From: a virus
Lineage: Duplodnaviria > Caudoviricetes
DNA length: 61,309 bases
Reading direction: 5' to 3' (one strand)
Virus record (IMG/VR): IMGVR_UViG_3300025154_000095
Span: 1 to 61,309 of that record
Shown one piece after another: positions 1-9,493 of this stretch. The stretch's first letter is position 1; each line of letters opens with the position of its first letter. Below the pieces are notes generated by a model. That model had not been told where the DNA came from. It ran no database searches and saw only the letters and a list, made by a program, of their open reading frames with translations. A program made the position numbers and the translations under genes.

Positions 1-44
1 CTGCCACTGTTGCTGCTGCATCGTAATACTTCGCCCATTTTGTT

Positions 45-1409
45 TTATCCTTTCTTGCATAAGCGACCACCGATAGACGCGTACGCGACCGCGGAGGAAT
101 TAAACAGATACCAATGCCAGAGACCAGCAGACCCACCGTAAAGCCAGGACCCGCCGACGAAGGCAATTCTTTGCCCTGAAGCCTGGTAGTAATAATCTTT
201 ATACAAATTACTGCTCACATCCACAGGCATTTCTACCATCGGATTGGCTGGATCAAATCCCATGTATTTTACGTATCCGTTCGCGTCCTCATTCACGTAC
301 CCCATCTTCTCATACGGAGCTGCAAAAACATTGCTGGCATAATCATTTGCATCTTTGCAAAACCATCCCTGGTAGTCATTAATGTTGTACCCATCCACAA
401 ATTGCCAGACATTCCCATACAAATTTTCGATCCCTCGATAATGAAACGGATTTTTACCGTTCGTATTATTCGCCAGTGATCCAGACGTTGCGGAAATTCC
501 GGAACTAAATCCAGATTTCCAGCCTACGTTATAAAGATAATTTCCAATGGAAGCATTGAACGCTGCCCCATCAACGGTTATGGTCGTGCTACCAGCACCT
601 GGTGTGTCAACATCAATCTGCGTAATGTTACGGCCATAAAACACCTGATTACCACCCTGTGTCGATCCTAGTCCAACGGGTTGCCCAACGGCAAATTTAG
701 CACCCGACACATTAGCTACAACAATTGTGTTAGCTGCTGCTGTATCCGCTGTCAATACTTCTGTCGCTGCATAAGTTCCACTTGTCCACCCAGCCATAAT
801 CGCCTGGCTATTCAGCGTCGCAAACTCAACCGTGAACAAAACCTGGAGCATATCATACACGTGAATGTCTAATTGCTGATACCCAGTACCGTTGGCTTCT
901 GCGTAGGTTCTAAATTCGACGATGTTCTTGTTTATCAATGGATATTCGTTCGGCAAGCTGTTTAACTTCGTACCACCCGTCAGGGTCGTGCCTGCAGGAT
1001 ACTTTCCAACATAAACCTTATCTAACCTAGCACCGGTTGAAAAATTGTAGCACGCCCACGGCCAATATGAATTTGGCATTCTCGCCTTACATATCTGTCT
1101 TATAAGGTGTGTGCCTGTGTCAACTTTACGAATCCAAAATCCTGGAACTGAAATAAACTCGTTGCTGTCAGCGTCCGTGTAAGTGTCAAACTCTGAATAG
1201 ATAGAAGCGGTATCAAAATCGTTGGTTACACTAGAGGCGTCAACACCGGCCTCAGCTGTCATACCTACGCTCGCATTTATACGAGTTACAGAACCATCAC
1301 TTTTGTCGATCTTTACACCATAAACCGCTTCGCCTGCGTAGGTTGTCTGGATTTCATTGATTCGTTTGCCGCCGAACAATAACATTATCTTTTGTGATGC
1401 ACTATTCAT
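45..1409 (-). CDS. Receptor-binding/tail-fibre protein with C-terminal C-type-lectin (Mtd-like) fold; DGR target-like, copy 1
   Basis: GIENLYGNVWQFVDG and GGxW...AGLW.W......S......IGGRL C-terminus typical of DGR target proteins. Confidence 0.8.
   Translation of the reverse strand: MNSASQKIMLLFGGKRINEIQTTYAGEAVYGVKIDKSDGSVTRINASVGMTAEAGVDASSVTNDFDTASIYSEFDTYTDADSNEFISVPGFWIRKVDTGTHLIRQICKARMPNSYWPWACYNFSTGARLDKVYVGKYPAGTTLTGGTKLNSLPNEYPLINKNIVEFRTYAEANGTGYQQLDIHVYDMLQVLFTVEFATLNSQAIMAGWTSGTYAATEVLTADTAAANTIVVANVSGAKFAVGQPVGLGSTQGGNQVFYGRNITQIDVDTPGAGSTTITVDGAAFNASIGNYLYNVGWKSGFSSGISATSGSLANNTNGKNPFHYRGIENLYGNVWQFVDGYNINDYQGWFCKDANDYASNVFAAPYEKMGYVNEDANGYVKYMGFDPANPMVEMPVDVSSNLYKDYYYQASGQRIAFVGGSWLYGGSAGLWHWYLFNSSAVAYASIGGRLCKKG
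63..167 (-). repeat. DGR variable repeat (VR)-like segment, copy 1
   Basis: Differs from 39763-39867 almost only at codon positions 1-2. Confidence 0.8.
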
Positions 1410-1460
1410 CGCTACACTCCTCTCCCCTGCTTTATCGCTAATCGTGGTCGCATTGGATTA

Positions 1461-1793
1461 TCACCCATTATCCACCACCTTCGGCTTAGCGCTCCGTTTT
1501 CGTGCCGCTGCCTGGACGTCCTTCAGGCGTTGCTCGACATGGTTCTCGTGTTCGGTCAACTTGTCGTCATGCGCCTGCAGACTTTCGCCCAACTTTGCAA
1601 CAGACATGCTCATGCTATCAATGGCTTTTGTAAGTTTACCCATGTCTTCCACGTTGCTCTTGTTCAAGACGGTAAAAAAATCGCGCCACTCTGCATCCCT
1701 TTTGCCGATGTAATTCAGGAAGATGATAACGACAATAATGACAGCCCCTGCGCTGCCAAAATTAATAAGACTTGCGATCGTTGCTGGCTCCAT
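1461..1793 (-). CDS. Membrane protein, holin/BhlA-like (one N-terminal TM plus coiled coil)
   Basis: Hydrophobic GAVIIVVIIFL followed by heptad-rich region. Confidence 0.45.
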   Translation of the reverse strand: MEPATIASLINFGSAGAVIIVVIIFLNYIGKRDAEWRDFFTVLNKSNVEDMGKLTKAIDSMSMSVAKLGESLQAHDDKLTEHENHVEQRLKDVQAAARKRSAKPKVVDNG

Positions 1794-1802
1794 GACGCCC
1801 CC

Positions 1803-2051
1803 TTAGTTTTCTGGTTGTTCAAGTTTTACAAATTCAGCCTCTACAATTGATTGAGCGGTCACGTTTGCAGCGTCCTCTGTTGCAATACCAGCAATTACGG
1901 CATAAATTACAGGTTGCCATGCACCGATTAACCAGATTATGTTTTCCCCTAATTCAGGTGATACATAATGCGCTATAAAATAGGTTGCCGATGAAATAAT
2001 TACATCAACCAGCATAATACAAAACTTACGCGATTTGAAAAGATTTGACAT
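1803..2051 (-). CDS. Putative holin
   Basis: 82 aa, FKSRKF start, two TM segments, acidic tail. Confidence 0.6.
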   Translation of the reverse strand: MSNLFKSRKFCIMLVDVIISSATYFIAHYVSPELGENIIWLIGAWQPVIYAVIAGIATEDAANVTAQSIVEAEFVKLEQPEN

Positions 2052-2110
2052 GATTTTTACCCTCCGGAGGTAATTAGATTGATTTGATACGATATACCAA
2101 TAATCAACTT

Positions 2111-2142
2111 TTACATTAGCACATTTATTCTATGTTGTCAAG
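2111..2142 (-). promoter_or_regulatory. Promoter with SOS-box-like palindrome (TAGAATAAATGTGCTA) between -35 and -10
   Basis: TTGACA at 2136-2141; same architecture as 33213-33243. Confidence 0.55.
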
Positions 2143-3105
2143 AACCAACTTGTGAATTGCTGAATTTGTTAAGGTTACCAATTCTTCCAATTACATTCGC
2201 GTTCAATCCCCACTAGTCCCCGTTCTACTTTCCCCAAATCATCCTCACCGTATCGGCATAACCGCTTACCAGCCCGTCTCCGTGCCTTGGATAGTTTACG
2301 CTTCCAGAATCGCCCCTCGTGTTCACTGCCCCACATCTCGGAGAATGATATATTAGCCCGTGCTAACCTGTCCTCAATGAAGCGGTTGCCCATGTCACTT
2401 ATACCCACAATCAGAACATTCCATCCGGTGATTATAATAATTGTCCCACGCGTCCAGCATGTCATTGTCGGAATACACCTTGTCATCGTACACCTTGCAG
2501 TATTCGTCATAGAGGCGTTGGCCTTCTGCACATAGCACAAGTTCACCGATTGATTCTGGCATGTTACCTCCAAGTCATAATTTTATAATCTTTTACTTTG
2601 ATGTTGCCATTTCCGGTATTTGCAACTGATGGAGTACATATATCAAATATAATGGTTGCTTCTTCTTGTGTTTCAAACCAACAAATAATAAAGCAATCAT
2701 CGTGATAATAAAATTCAACTCGCTTATCTTTTAATCCAACAAAAATCAAATTTTCATACAATATTGTTATTTTCATATTCATCCTTTATTTACGTTCTAA
2801 AACAATATCAGCTGATAATTTTCCGTTGTTTTTTCTTATGTTCATCAACACAACGTTTCTAACCTGCTTGTTATGGTGTTCATCAATTCCAATCCAAACG
2901 GTTCGCTCATGTCCAAATTCATCTTCGTCCAATAATTCGTTTAAGATTTGTTTTAATTCTCTAACTGTTATTCCATCTTCAAGTGTATATTGTAAAGCCA
3001 TCTTATCCACCTCTCCTGCAAACAACCTCTATCACCCGCAACCTGTACCAGATTTGATACAACATGGTTGCCAGCATTATGATAACCGTAATTATAATAA
3101 TCGTA

Positions 3106-3378
3106 TCATGTGATTCGTCTGGTTTGCGGTTTGTCATCATCATCCTCGTCATCATAAAAATACTCATAAGAATTTGGATCACATTTCTTACAATGGCAAC
3201 TATTATCAACATATTCTTGCAATGGACACCAATCAGGCTTTTTTTCAAAAACATCTACTGTGTTTATTTTCTTTGCTAAATCACAAAAGTTATTGTTACC
3301 GAACATCATGCCAGTAAGATAATCACAGTTAGAACATGTTTTTGGTAATTCATCAACTAACACTTTGTAGATTTTCAT
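3106..3378 (-). CDS. Small Cys-rich protein of the KIVVD...PxWCPL family
   Basis: Similar to 10168-10497 and 51676-51999. Confidence 0.6.
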   Translation of the reverse strand: MKIYKVLVDELPKTCSNCDYLTGMMFGNNNFCDLAKKINTVDVFEKKPDWCPLQEYVDNSCHCKKCDPNSYEYFYDDEDDDDKPQTRRIT

Positions 3379-4013
3379 ATCGTCTCTTTTCGCATCACAT
3401 CCAGGGCTTGCTCAAGCGTCCTGACAACATGCCAACCGCAACCGCTAAACTTGGTATGCAGTTCTCTTTCAGCGTCCGTTAGTTTCGCATCAAGATATTT
3501 GATTTCAAGCATTACCGTCCTAAAATCGCCCCTTACCATCAAGTCAACGTGACCGCGCCCAATCCAGCTTGTGTCTTCAACCTCATAGCCTGCCTTGCGC
3601 AATCCTTCGCGTATTTCCTCATGATTTGTGTCTGTCCGCTTGTCATACTTCGTCATTGTTTCCTCATTTCCTGTCCATTTTGCAAAAGGCAAATCTATAC
3701 CAGGTCGCCAAGTTACATCATTATACAAATCAGGCATGTCGATTTTGTCATCCTCTCCAATCCATAAATCTCCGTTATCGTCTTGGGTAAATACCATATT
3801 TGCTTTTTTCCATGCCAGCTCGACACTCTGAAACCAATTCCACACCTCCAGATATTGCTCGCTGTTGATCGTGAACGTCTGGTTTTCGTCAAGCTGGGAC
3901 TGGATCCATTCGACCATCATTTGTTCGGCTGATTTCATCTCCTGCGTAGGATATTCACCGGATAACGCCCGCTTCACTTCGTCACTGTTGAAAAAATCTT
4001 TAATCCAGCTCAT
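3375..4013 (-). CDS. Hypothetical N-terminus plus VRR-NUC/PD-(D/E)xK nuclease domain (possible internal start MTKYDKR)
   Basis: D.NH.EI..L...G; DL.V.....LEIK....KLT..E motifs. Confidence 0.65.
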   Translation of the reverse strand: MSWIKDFFNSDEVKRALSGEYPTQEMKSAEQMMVEWIQSQLDENQTFTINSEQYLEVWNWFQSVELAWKKANMVFTQDDNGDLWIGEDDKIDMPDLYNDVTWRPGIDLPFAKWTGNEETMTKYDKRTDTNHEEIREGLRKAGYEVEDTSWIGRGHVDLMVRGDFRTVMLEIKYLDAKLTDAERELHTKFSGCGWHVVRTLEQALDVMRKETI

Positions 4014-4070
4014 TTTTCACCTCTCACTCAATAATACAACTTTCCCGGCAACATTTCAATACCCAATATT

Positions 4071-4118
4071 ACGGCATTTAACGGCATTTAACGGCATTCG
4101 GACATTCGGACATTTCGG
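4071..4118. repeat. Short tandem repeats (ACGGCATTTA x~3, then CATTCGGA x~3)
   Basis: Directly visible in intergenic DNA. Confidence 0.85.
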
Positions 4119-4293
4119 TCATACACCCTCAAGGTCGGGTGACCGATTATTCCACCACTCACTGCACAACTGGAAGAACACCTCAGGCGGCATAACTTCG
4201 CAGTCAAACCAGGTCCCAACCTCGATCCGTATTCTCGGACGCGGTGATTTGCTATCCATGACGAAGGTCACATTGACGGGTGTCTCGTGTAGT

Positions 4294-4707
4294 TTAGTCA
4301 TATCGCTCTCCCGTGTTCAAATTCTTGTAAGGTCGCAGATTACTAAATTCGTCAACCCAAACAAGATGACCTGTTCTTTCCAACATCACAAAATAATCAT
4401 ACGTCTGAACATGTGACACAATGTCACGTTTTGCAACTTCGCGCCGTAAATCCTGCATACTGATACCCATGGTTTTATGGTCCACAATAATTTGAAATAC
4501 CTGATTTGCTTTATTGATAACCGATGGGTTGATACTATACTTTTCGCCGTTTTGCTTGCGTGCATAGTCAAGTTTTCTTTGCCTCAATATCTCTTTGCAA
4601 TCATCACAGGTAAACATTCCGAACTGTGGACGCCAATACCAATCGCCGCAAACTTCACATGAACACAAACATTGTATCTCGCGGTCTGTGTCGGTATAGG
4701 TTCTCAT
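4294..4707 (-). CDS. Zn-finger/winged-helix-like hypothetical protein; homologue of 55076-55438
   Basis: CxxC pairs; shared PYKN.(H/N)TG..Y C-terminus. Confidence 0.55.
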   Translation of the reverse strand: MRTYTDTDREIQCLCSCEVCGDWYWRPQFGMFTCDDCKEILRQRKLDYARKQNGEKYSINPSVINKANQVFQIIVDHKTMGISMQDLRREVAKRDIVSHVQTYDYFVMLERTGHLVWVDEFSNLRPYKNLNTGERYD

Positions 4708-4762
4708 GGCGCGATCTCCCGCTTGAATTTGTAATCAGCATTGTATTTGTCGTTATAGCGTT

Positions 4763-5584
4763 TCATTTTAGCTCCTCAAATAACGTAACTTGATTTGTCT
4801 GTTTTTTAATTAAGGTGGTCGAATAACCATTTGTTTTTATTTCGTTTCTAACAGTAGTACATTGATTAATCCATTTTTCAGCATCTCTGTAAAATTGTTT
4901 ATTGATTTCAAAACCATAAGCACGTCGCCCTAAGTTTTCAGCCGCAACCAAGGTACTTCCGCTGCCAGCAACTGGATCAATAACTACATCGCCTTCGTCT
5001 GTAAAAATGCTTATAAGTTTTTCAAGTAGTTTTACTGGCTTTTGTGTCGGGTGAATTTTTTCAAATAAATAATCCTTATCATCTTCCCAATCCATAACGT
5101 TGAAAATCATTTTTCCATTGTTTCTAAACTTTGGCAGTTTTTCGCGGTATAAAATCAACCCATATTCAGCGTTGCCAACTACTCGCATATTAGCCTTCAA
5201 TACTTGGGCTGAAAAGTTTTTCCTAAAAACAAGGTTTATATAATTATTGATACCGTATTTTTTAGCAAGTTCAATCAGATCCATTTGTTGATCAAACGCA
5301 CAAAATATAATCATGCATGGTGCTTCGTTGCGTTCCTTTGGTTCTTTTCTCATTAGCTTACTGCAAAAGTGCATAAATTCAGCAGGCTTGAAATAATCGT
5401 CTGAATTGAAAAATGATTTTCCTGCCAAATTACTTTCACCATTTTTATTGTCACCTCCAACATACCATGAAGGATTTGAACCATAGGCGTTTATTCCGAT
5501 GTTGTAAGGAATATCAGCAATAACCAATTGCGCCGGTGGAATATGATAGCCTTTAAAATTCTGAAAGTGGTCATTTATCAACAT
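4763..5584 (-). CDS. DNA N6-adenine/N4-cytosine methyltransferase (beta class)
   Basis: ADIPY catalytic-type motif, HPTQKP, DPVAGSGST SAM-binding motif. Confidence 0.9.
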   Translation of the reverse strand: MLINDHFQNFKGYHIPPAQLVIADIPYNIGINAYGSNPSWYVGGDNKNGESNLAGKSFFNSDDYFKPAEFMHFCSKLMRKEPKERNEAPCMIIFCAFDQQMDLIELAKKYGINNYINLVFRKNFSAQVLKANMRVVGNAEYGLILYREKLPKFRNNGKMIFNVMDWEDDKDYLFEKIHPTQKPVKLLEKLISIFTDEGDVVIDPVAGSGSTLVAAENLGRRAYGFEINKQFYRDAEKWINQCTTVRNEIKTNGYSTTLIKKQTNQVTLFEELK

Positions 5585-5945
5585 TGTCGCTTCCCCTTTT
5601 CATCCGTTTCAGCATCTCGTCACGTTGCAACAGTAGCATCGTCCGCTCTTGTCGCAGTTGGTCAATTTCATCACACATCTTGATAATTAAACAATCGGAG
5701 TGTGCCTGCCAACAACCTTCCCAGTGTTGTCCAAGATGGCAAAAAAACTCATAATCGTGTCGTATCATTTTTGTGTTTATTAAGCCTGTCATCCCGTCCT
5801 CCGATACCGTCGTTTCAACCCGTCCAGCAACGCCAGCTTGATCTTCACCCGGTCGCGGTTGCGTTGGGTGTCAGCCTGCTTCCATTCGCGCACGGCCTTT
5901 TTGTATTCCAATTCGGCTTGTTGTCGTGCTTGCCAATAAGTCATC

Positions 5946-6995
5946 TTATGCTCCTCTCTCTAAATCGCCAACCCGAAAATATTCAGGTTGCATAATCTGT
6001 TTGAATACACCAGTAGATCCCATTGTGTTTTTATCCACCAGAACATCGACAATATTTGAATATCCGTTCTCTATCCTGTCACGTCGTAACAATACCACCA
6101 GGTTTGACTTATCGCTTTTTTCACCGGCACCCCTGACACTGGTTCGATCAACATTTTCAAATGATGTCTGCTTGCCTTCTTTACTCATTTGTGCGACCAT
6201 CAATACTGGAATGCCCGTCATCTCCGCAAACGTCTTTATCTGCTCCACGTTGTCGGCTTCACGCTGATAAGTATTGGTACCGAACATCTGCAATTGCCGC
6301 TTTGAAGCAGACGCCTTTTCGAGGTAATCCAATACCACTACATCGCATTCATCCTCATTGACTAATCGCCGTAGTTCTGTAATAGTTCGCTCCATAGTCC
6401 AGCCCGGGGTGTGGAGGTAGGAAATATACCCTTCCCATTTCAGCAAGCGCGGCTTCACTTCGTCGATCTTTTGTTTCTGCAATATATTCAGCTTGCCGCT
6501 TTTTATATCCCTGGGTGTAATACCAGTATGACGCGATGTTCTCCGTAGCATCATTAGTTTGCGGTTTAACTCGTAGTGGACGAACACAACCCGGTTTTTA
6601 TGTGCCGCCCAATGTTCAGCGATTGATTCAGCATAGATGGTTTTTCCGGCACCGTCTGGAGCTGTAACCAGTCCTAGCATCCCGTCCTCAAGTGGATCTA
6701 TAATATTATTCCAGGATTGCCATGGCCATGATAAATCGCGTCGTAGACTCTCGGGCGTGTTGGCTATCTTTTCGTAGTCCTCAATAATCTTACTGGTAAA
6801 ATCGAACGAATCAACCCACTTCAAAATAGCGTCCTCTTCGCCAGCTCCCATGCGTGCTAACATTTCAGATAACCAGCGACGCAATTCTTCTGGTTCGTCC
6901 TCTGCCATGCACCGTCGTAATAATTCTTTAGCTAATACTTCGTATTGTACGATTTCAGGATTCATGTTTGTACATCCTCTATTCCACCGCCCCAT
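5946..6995 (-). CDS. DnaB-like replicative helicase
   Basis: Walker A APDGAGKT, VVVLDYL, LMVAQ, KN..G.TG motifs. Confidence 0.9.
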   Translation of the reverse strand: MGRWNRGCTNMNPEIVQYEVLAKELLRRCMAEDEPEELRRWLSEMLARMGAGEEDAILKWVDSFDFTSKIIEDYEKIANTPESLRRDLSWPWQSWNNIIDPLEDGMLGLVTAPDGAGKTIYAESIAEHWAAHKNRVVFVHYELNRKLMMLRRTSRHTGITPRDIKSGKLNILQKQKIDEVKPRLLKWEGYISYLHTPGWTMERTITELRRLVNEDECDVVVLDYLEKASASKRQLQMFGTNTYQREADNVEQIKTFAEMTGIPVLMVAQMSKEGKQTSFENVDRTSVRGAGEKSDKSNLVVLLRRDRIENGYSNIVDVLVDKNTMGSTGVFKQIMQPEYFRVGDLERGA

Positions 6996-7774
6996 ACTCT
7001 AAAATCACCCTTTAGAATTTCGCGGTTCATTGGTTTTTGTTTTTCTCGTTCTGATTTATATTGATATATTTTATCCACTGTTTGCTGTAGTGTTGGAGGT
7101 TCATTCTTTTGACCACGAAAATCATTTTTATACCACCATGACTCAAACCCTTTCAAATCATCTATTGTATATTCAGCTTTTATAAGTATCTTTGCAGTTT
7201 TACCAATTTGTCCTGCTTTTAATTTCATATCCAGTTTGCACATTTCTGCCAGTGCTCCAAAATAAATTTGATGTTCGGGAACTTTGTCTTTAAGTATGTC
7301 TTTAACCTGTCTTTTGTTGTTACCTGTTTGTGTAACACCTCTGTTACCTGCTTTGGTTACAGTGCTGTTACCTGCTTTGGTTACAGTTACCTGCTTTGGT
7401 AACACTTCATTTTTATTGAATCTATTTCCTCTTTCAGCATCGGATTCTATCCCGATCCATTGTTCTATGTATTTATTAAATCCGTAAGTTGGTATTTGGC
7501 CTTTGTCTAATCTCTTATAAATTATCTTTTTTTCAATCAATGATTTCAATGGTTTTAATACATGTTGTCTTTTGCTATCGGTTCCCTCTGCCCACTGGCT
7601 TAAACTTATAATATCCTCCTTTTTATTCCAGCCGTATGTTTTTCTGAATAAAAATAAAACACAGCGAAACTCTGCACCAGATAGCCTTGCCTTCGATAAT
7701 GCATCGAATATTGCATTATGAACCCTGGTAAACTCGCCTTGTTCTATTTGAATGTCGTTTCCGTTGGTTGCCAT
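6962..7774 (-). CDS. Lambda O-like replication initiator
   Basis: LSGAEFRCVLFLFRKTYGWNKKEDIISLSQ N-terminal motif; internal iterons. Confidence 0.85.
   Translation of the reverse strand: MATNGNDIQIEQGEFTRVHNAIFDALSKARLSGAEFRCVLFLFRKTYGWNKKEDIISLSQWAEGTDSKRQHVLKPLKSLIEKKIIYKRLDKGQIPTYGFNKYIEQWIGIESDAERGNRFNKNEVLPKQVTVTKAGNSTVTKAGNRGVTQTGNNKRQVKDILKDKVPEHQIYFGALAEMCKLDMKLKAGQIGKTAKILIKAEYTIDDLKGFESWWYKNDFRGQKNEPPTLQQTVDKIYQYKSEREKQKPMNREILKGDFRVWGGGIEDVQT
7319..7403. repeat. Four 18-bp iterons (GTTACCTGyTTkkGTwAC): probable replication origin
   Basis: Copies at 7319, 7343, 7367 and 7386 inside the initiator gene, next to an AT-rich tract. Confidence 0.85.
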
Positions 7775-7794
7775 TGTTTCTCCGTGTGTTTTAT

Positions 7795-7950
7795 AAAAAA
7801 ACCACTTTGGGGTTGTGTCCGTGTCCGCAAGTGCTATCCAAGTGTAGCATTACACAGACACACCCTAAAGTGGTCTACTTGGATCATATTACAGCTTGCG
7901 GACTGTGTTTGTTATATCTCATATTATACAACCTTTTTATTGAATGTCAA
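7795..7950 (-). promoter_or_regulatory. Promoter (TTGACA-16-TATAAT) and structured attenuator-like leader of the initiator gene
   Basis: -35 at 7945-7950, -10 at 7923-7928; long stem 7801-7874 followed by T6; competing pairings. Confidence 0.6.
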
Positions 7951-8821
7951 GAGATTCATGTGATTTGACCCAGCCAAATCTTTTGGCAATGCTGAACAAT
8001 GTCGCAATCGTTACCGCTCCGCCTTCACTACCTTTGTCATGGAATGATTTCCATTTTCGCTCCACTTCGCCCTGCTTACCATCCGCCCAACTTTCAGCCA
8101 GATTATAACCAGCGTCTCCAAATTCAGAATGAATACCCATTAGCACTTGAACCCATTCGTCATAAGCAATGCCCCATGGTGGGATCAACCGCAAGGCGTC
8201 CTGTACCTCTTTTTGTGAAGCAGGTGCCAGATAGTTTTTTCTAACCGTCAACCGTCGCTCATTGTCCCCACTGTCTTTATAGTTCTGGATGATTTTCTTT
8301 ATAACATCAAGCGGTAACACCTGATTGATCTTGTAAAACTCGCACCCCTGGGAACCGTAGAAAAATCGGACGGCATCTTTACATTGTCGATCAGCGGTGC
8401 CAAACAGCCACAACAAAGCACTGGCAGCCATTGTGTAATTCTTGGCCTGCATGATGGGTTGATCCAGGAGAAAGATCACTCGTGACCTGGGTTCTTCCGG
8501 CTTATGGCTTATGGTGGTGTACAAAAATGACGCATATTTGGCTATAAACTTATCGCGTGATAATTGCTCAAGTGAGCTGCTTTTATCACCGGTATCGAAG
8601 TCCAGTCCAATGTGTTGACCACAAATATAATTCTCGGATGTTCTCCAATTATTCTTGTGTTGGGTTGTAATGGATCTACCCAGGTAGATGGCAGCCATGA
8701 TATTTTTTTGCTCAAGCTCAAAGTTGACGAATGACGCGTTAAACTTTGACCACAAATCCGAACCCTGGGGAATTTTCTTATCCAGCTTAAAACTCGATAC
8801 CGCTATTTTGTAGATCATCAT
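7937..8821 (-). CDS. Primase-like protein with C-terminal PriCT-2 domain
   Basis: LDFD...YTTISH...RVIF; YDEWVQVLMGIH...KWKSF...TIATLF.IAK..GW. Confidence 0.75.
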   Translation of the reverse strand: MMIYKIAVSSFKLDKKIPQGSDLWSKFNASFVNFELEQKNIMAAIYLGRSITTQHKNNWRTSENYICGQHIGLDFDTGDKSSSLEQLSRDKFIAKYASFLYTTISHKPEEPRSRVIFLLDQPIMQAKNYTMAASALLWLFGTADRQCKDAVRFFYGSQGCEFYKINQVLPLDVIKKIIQNYKDSGDNERRLTVRKNYLAPASQKEVQDALRLIPPWGIAYDEWVQVLMGIHSEFGDAGYNLAESWADGKQGEVERKWKSFHDKGSEGGAVTIATLFSIAKRFGWVKSHESLDIQ

Positions 8822-9158
8822 TATCCTCGTGTATTTCTACGTCGTGAAATTTTGCATGACACTTCCGACATAATACAATCAAATCAAGATCATCCTCAAG
8901 TAAAAATCTAATGTAAGTATTATGGTGTGTATGCAGGGTTGTATCATTTCCTTTTCGATTGCACAACTGGCACCGATAACCAACTCTATTTTTTGCCTGC
9001 TTTGATTTTTCTTTCCATTCATCTGACCTGTAATATTCTTCTTTTGTTGGTAGCAAGTCTTTTGATTCTTGATATTCTTGTAATTCAACCCTTTTTATTC
9101 TTTGTGGTATGCAATATTCTATTATTGCCGTTATCAAACTATCAGCATAATCAGACAT
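8787..9158 (-). CDS. HNH endonuclease
   Basis: CQLC...LHTHH...LCRKCH. Confidence 0.85.
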   Translation of the reverse strand: MSDYADSLITAIIEYCIPQRIKRVELQEYQESKDLLPTKEEYYRSDEWKEKSKQAKNRVGYRCQLCNRKGNDTTLHTHHNTYIRFLLEDDLDLIVLCRKCHAKFHDVEIHEDNDDLQNSGIEF

Positions 9159-9369
9159 TATCTACCATCAACTTTCCGATCTTGTCTGATAAATCCCCTT
9201 CATATTTACCCTGGTGAACCTTTGCCAGGTTGATAAGCTGGTGAACGCGCTGCTTACTGATACCCAGGGTTTCACCTATTTTCTGGTATGTCATGCCACT
9301 TTTACGCAGCTTCAATACCATTACCCACTGCAATTCATTACGTAACTTTTTACCGCGATCTTTTATCAT
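9151..9369 (-). CDS. HTH DNA-binding protein (sigma70 region-4-like)
   Basis: GMTYQKIGETLGISKQRVHQL. Confidence 0.8.
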   Translation of the reverse strand: MIKDRGKKLRNELQWVMVLKLRKSGMTYQKIGETLGISKQRVHQLINLAKVHQGKYEGDLSDKIGKLMVDNV

Positions 9370-9387
9370 AATGCCTCCGTTTATATA

Positions 9388-9460
9388 ATAATACCACTTT
9401 ATAACAAAAAGTCAAGCAATTGTTAAAAACCCTTGACTTTTATAAAATAGGTTGTATAAT
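9388..9460. promoter_or_regulatory. Back-to-back divergent early promoters
   Basis: + strand TTGACT(9433)-16-TATAAT; - strand TTGACT(9415)-16-TATTAT. Confidence 0.7.
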
Positions 9461-9493
9461 CTATATAAGTTAGAAATTATTTGGAGGTATAAC

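Larger units (their letters stand above)
1..1448. repeat. Copy 1 of diverged ~1.45 kb direct repeat (receptor-binding gene cassette)
   Basis: Aligns with 39701-41147; 1-75 identical and 1413-1448 identical to 41112-41147. Confidence 0.95.
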
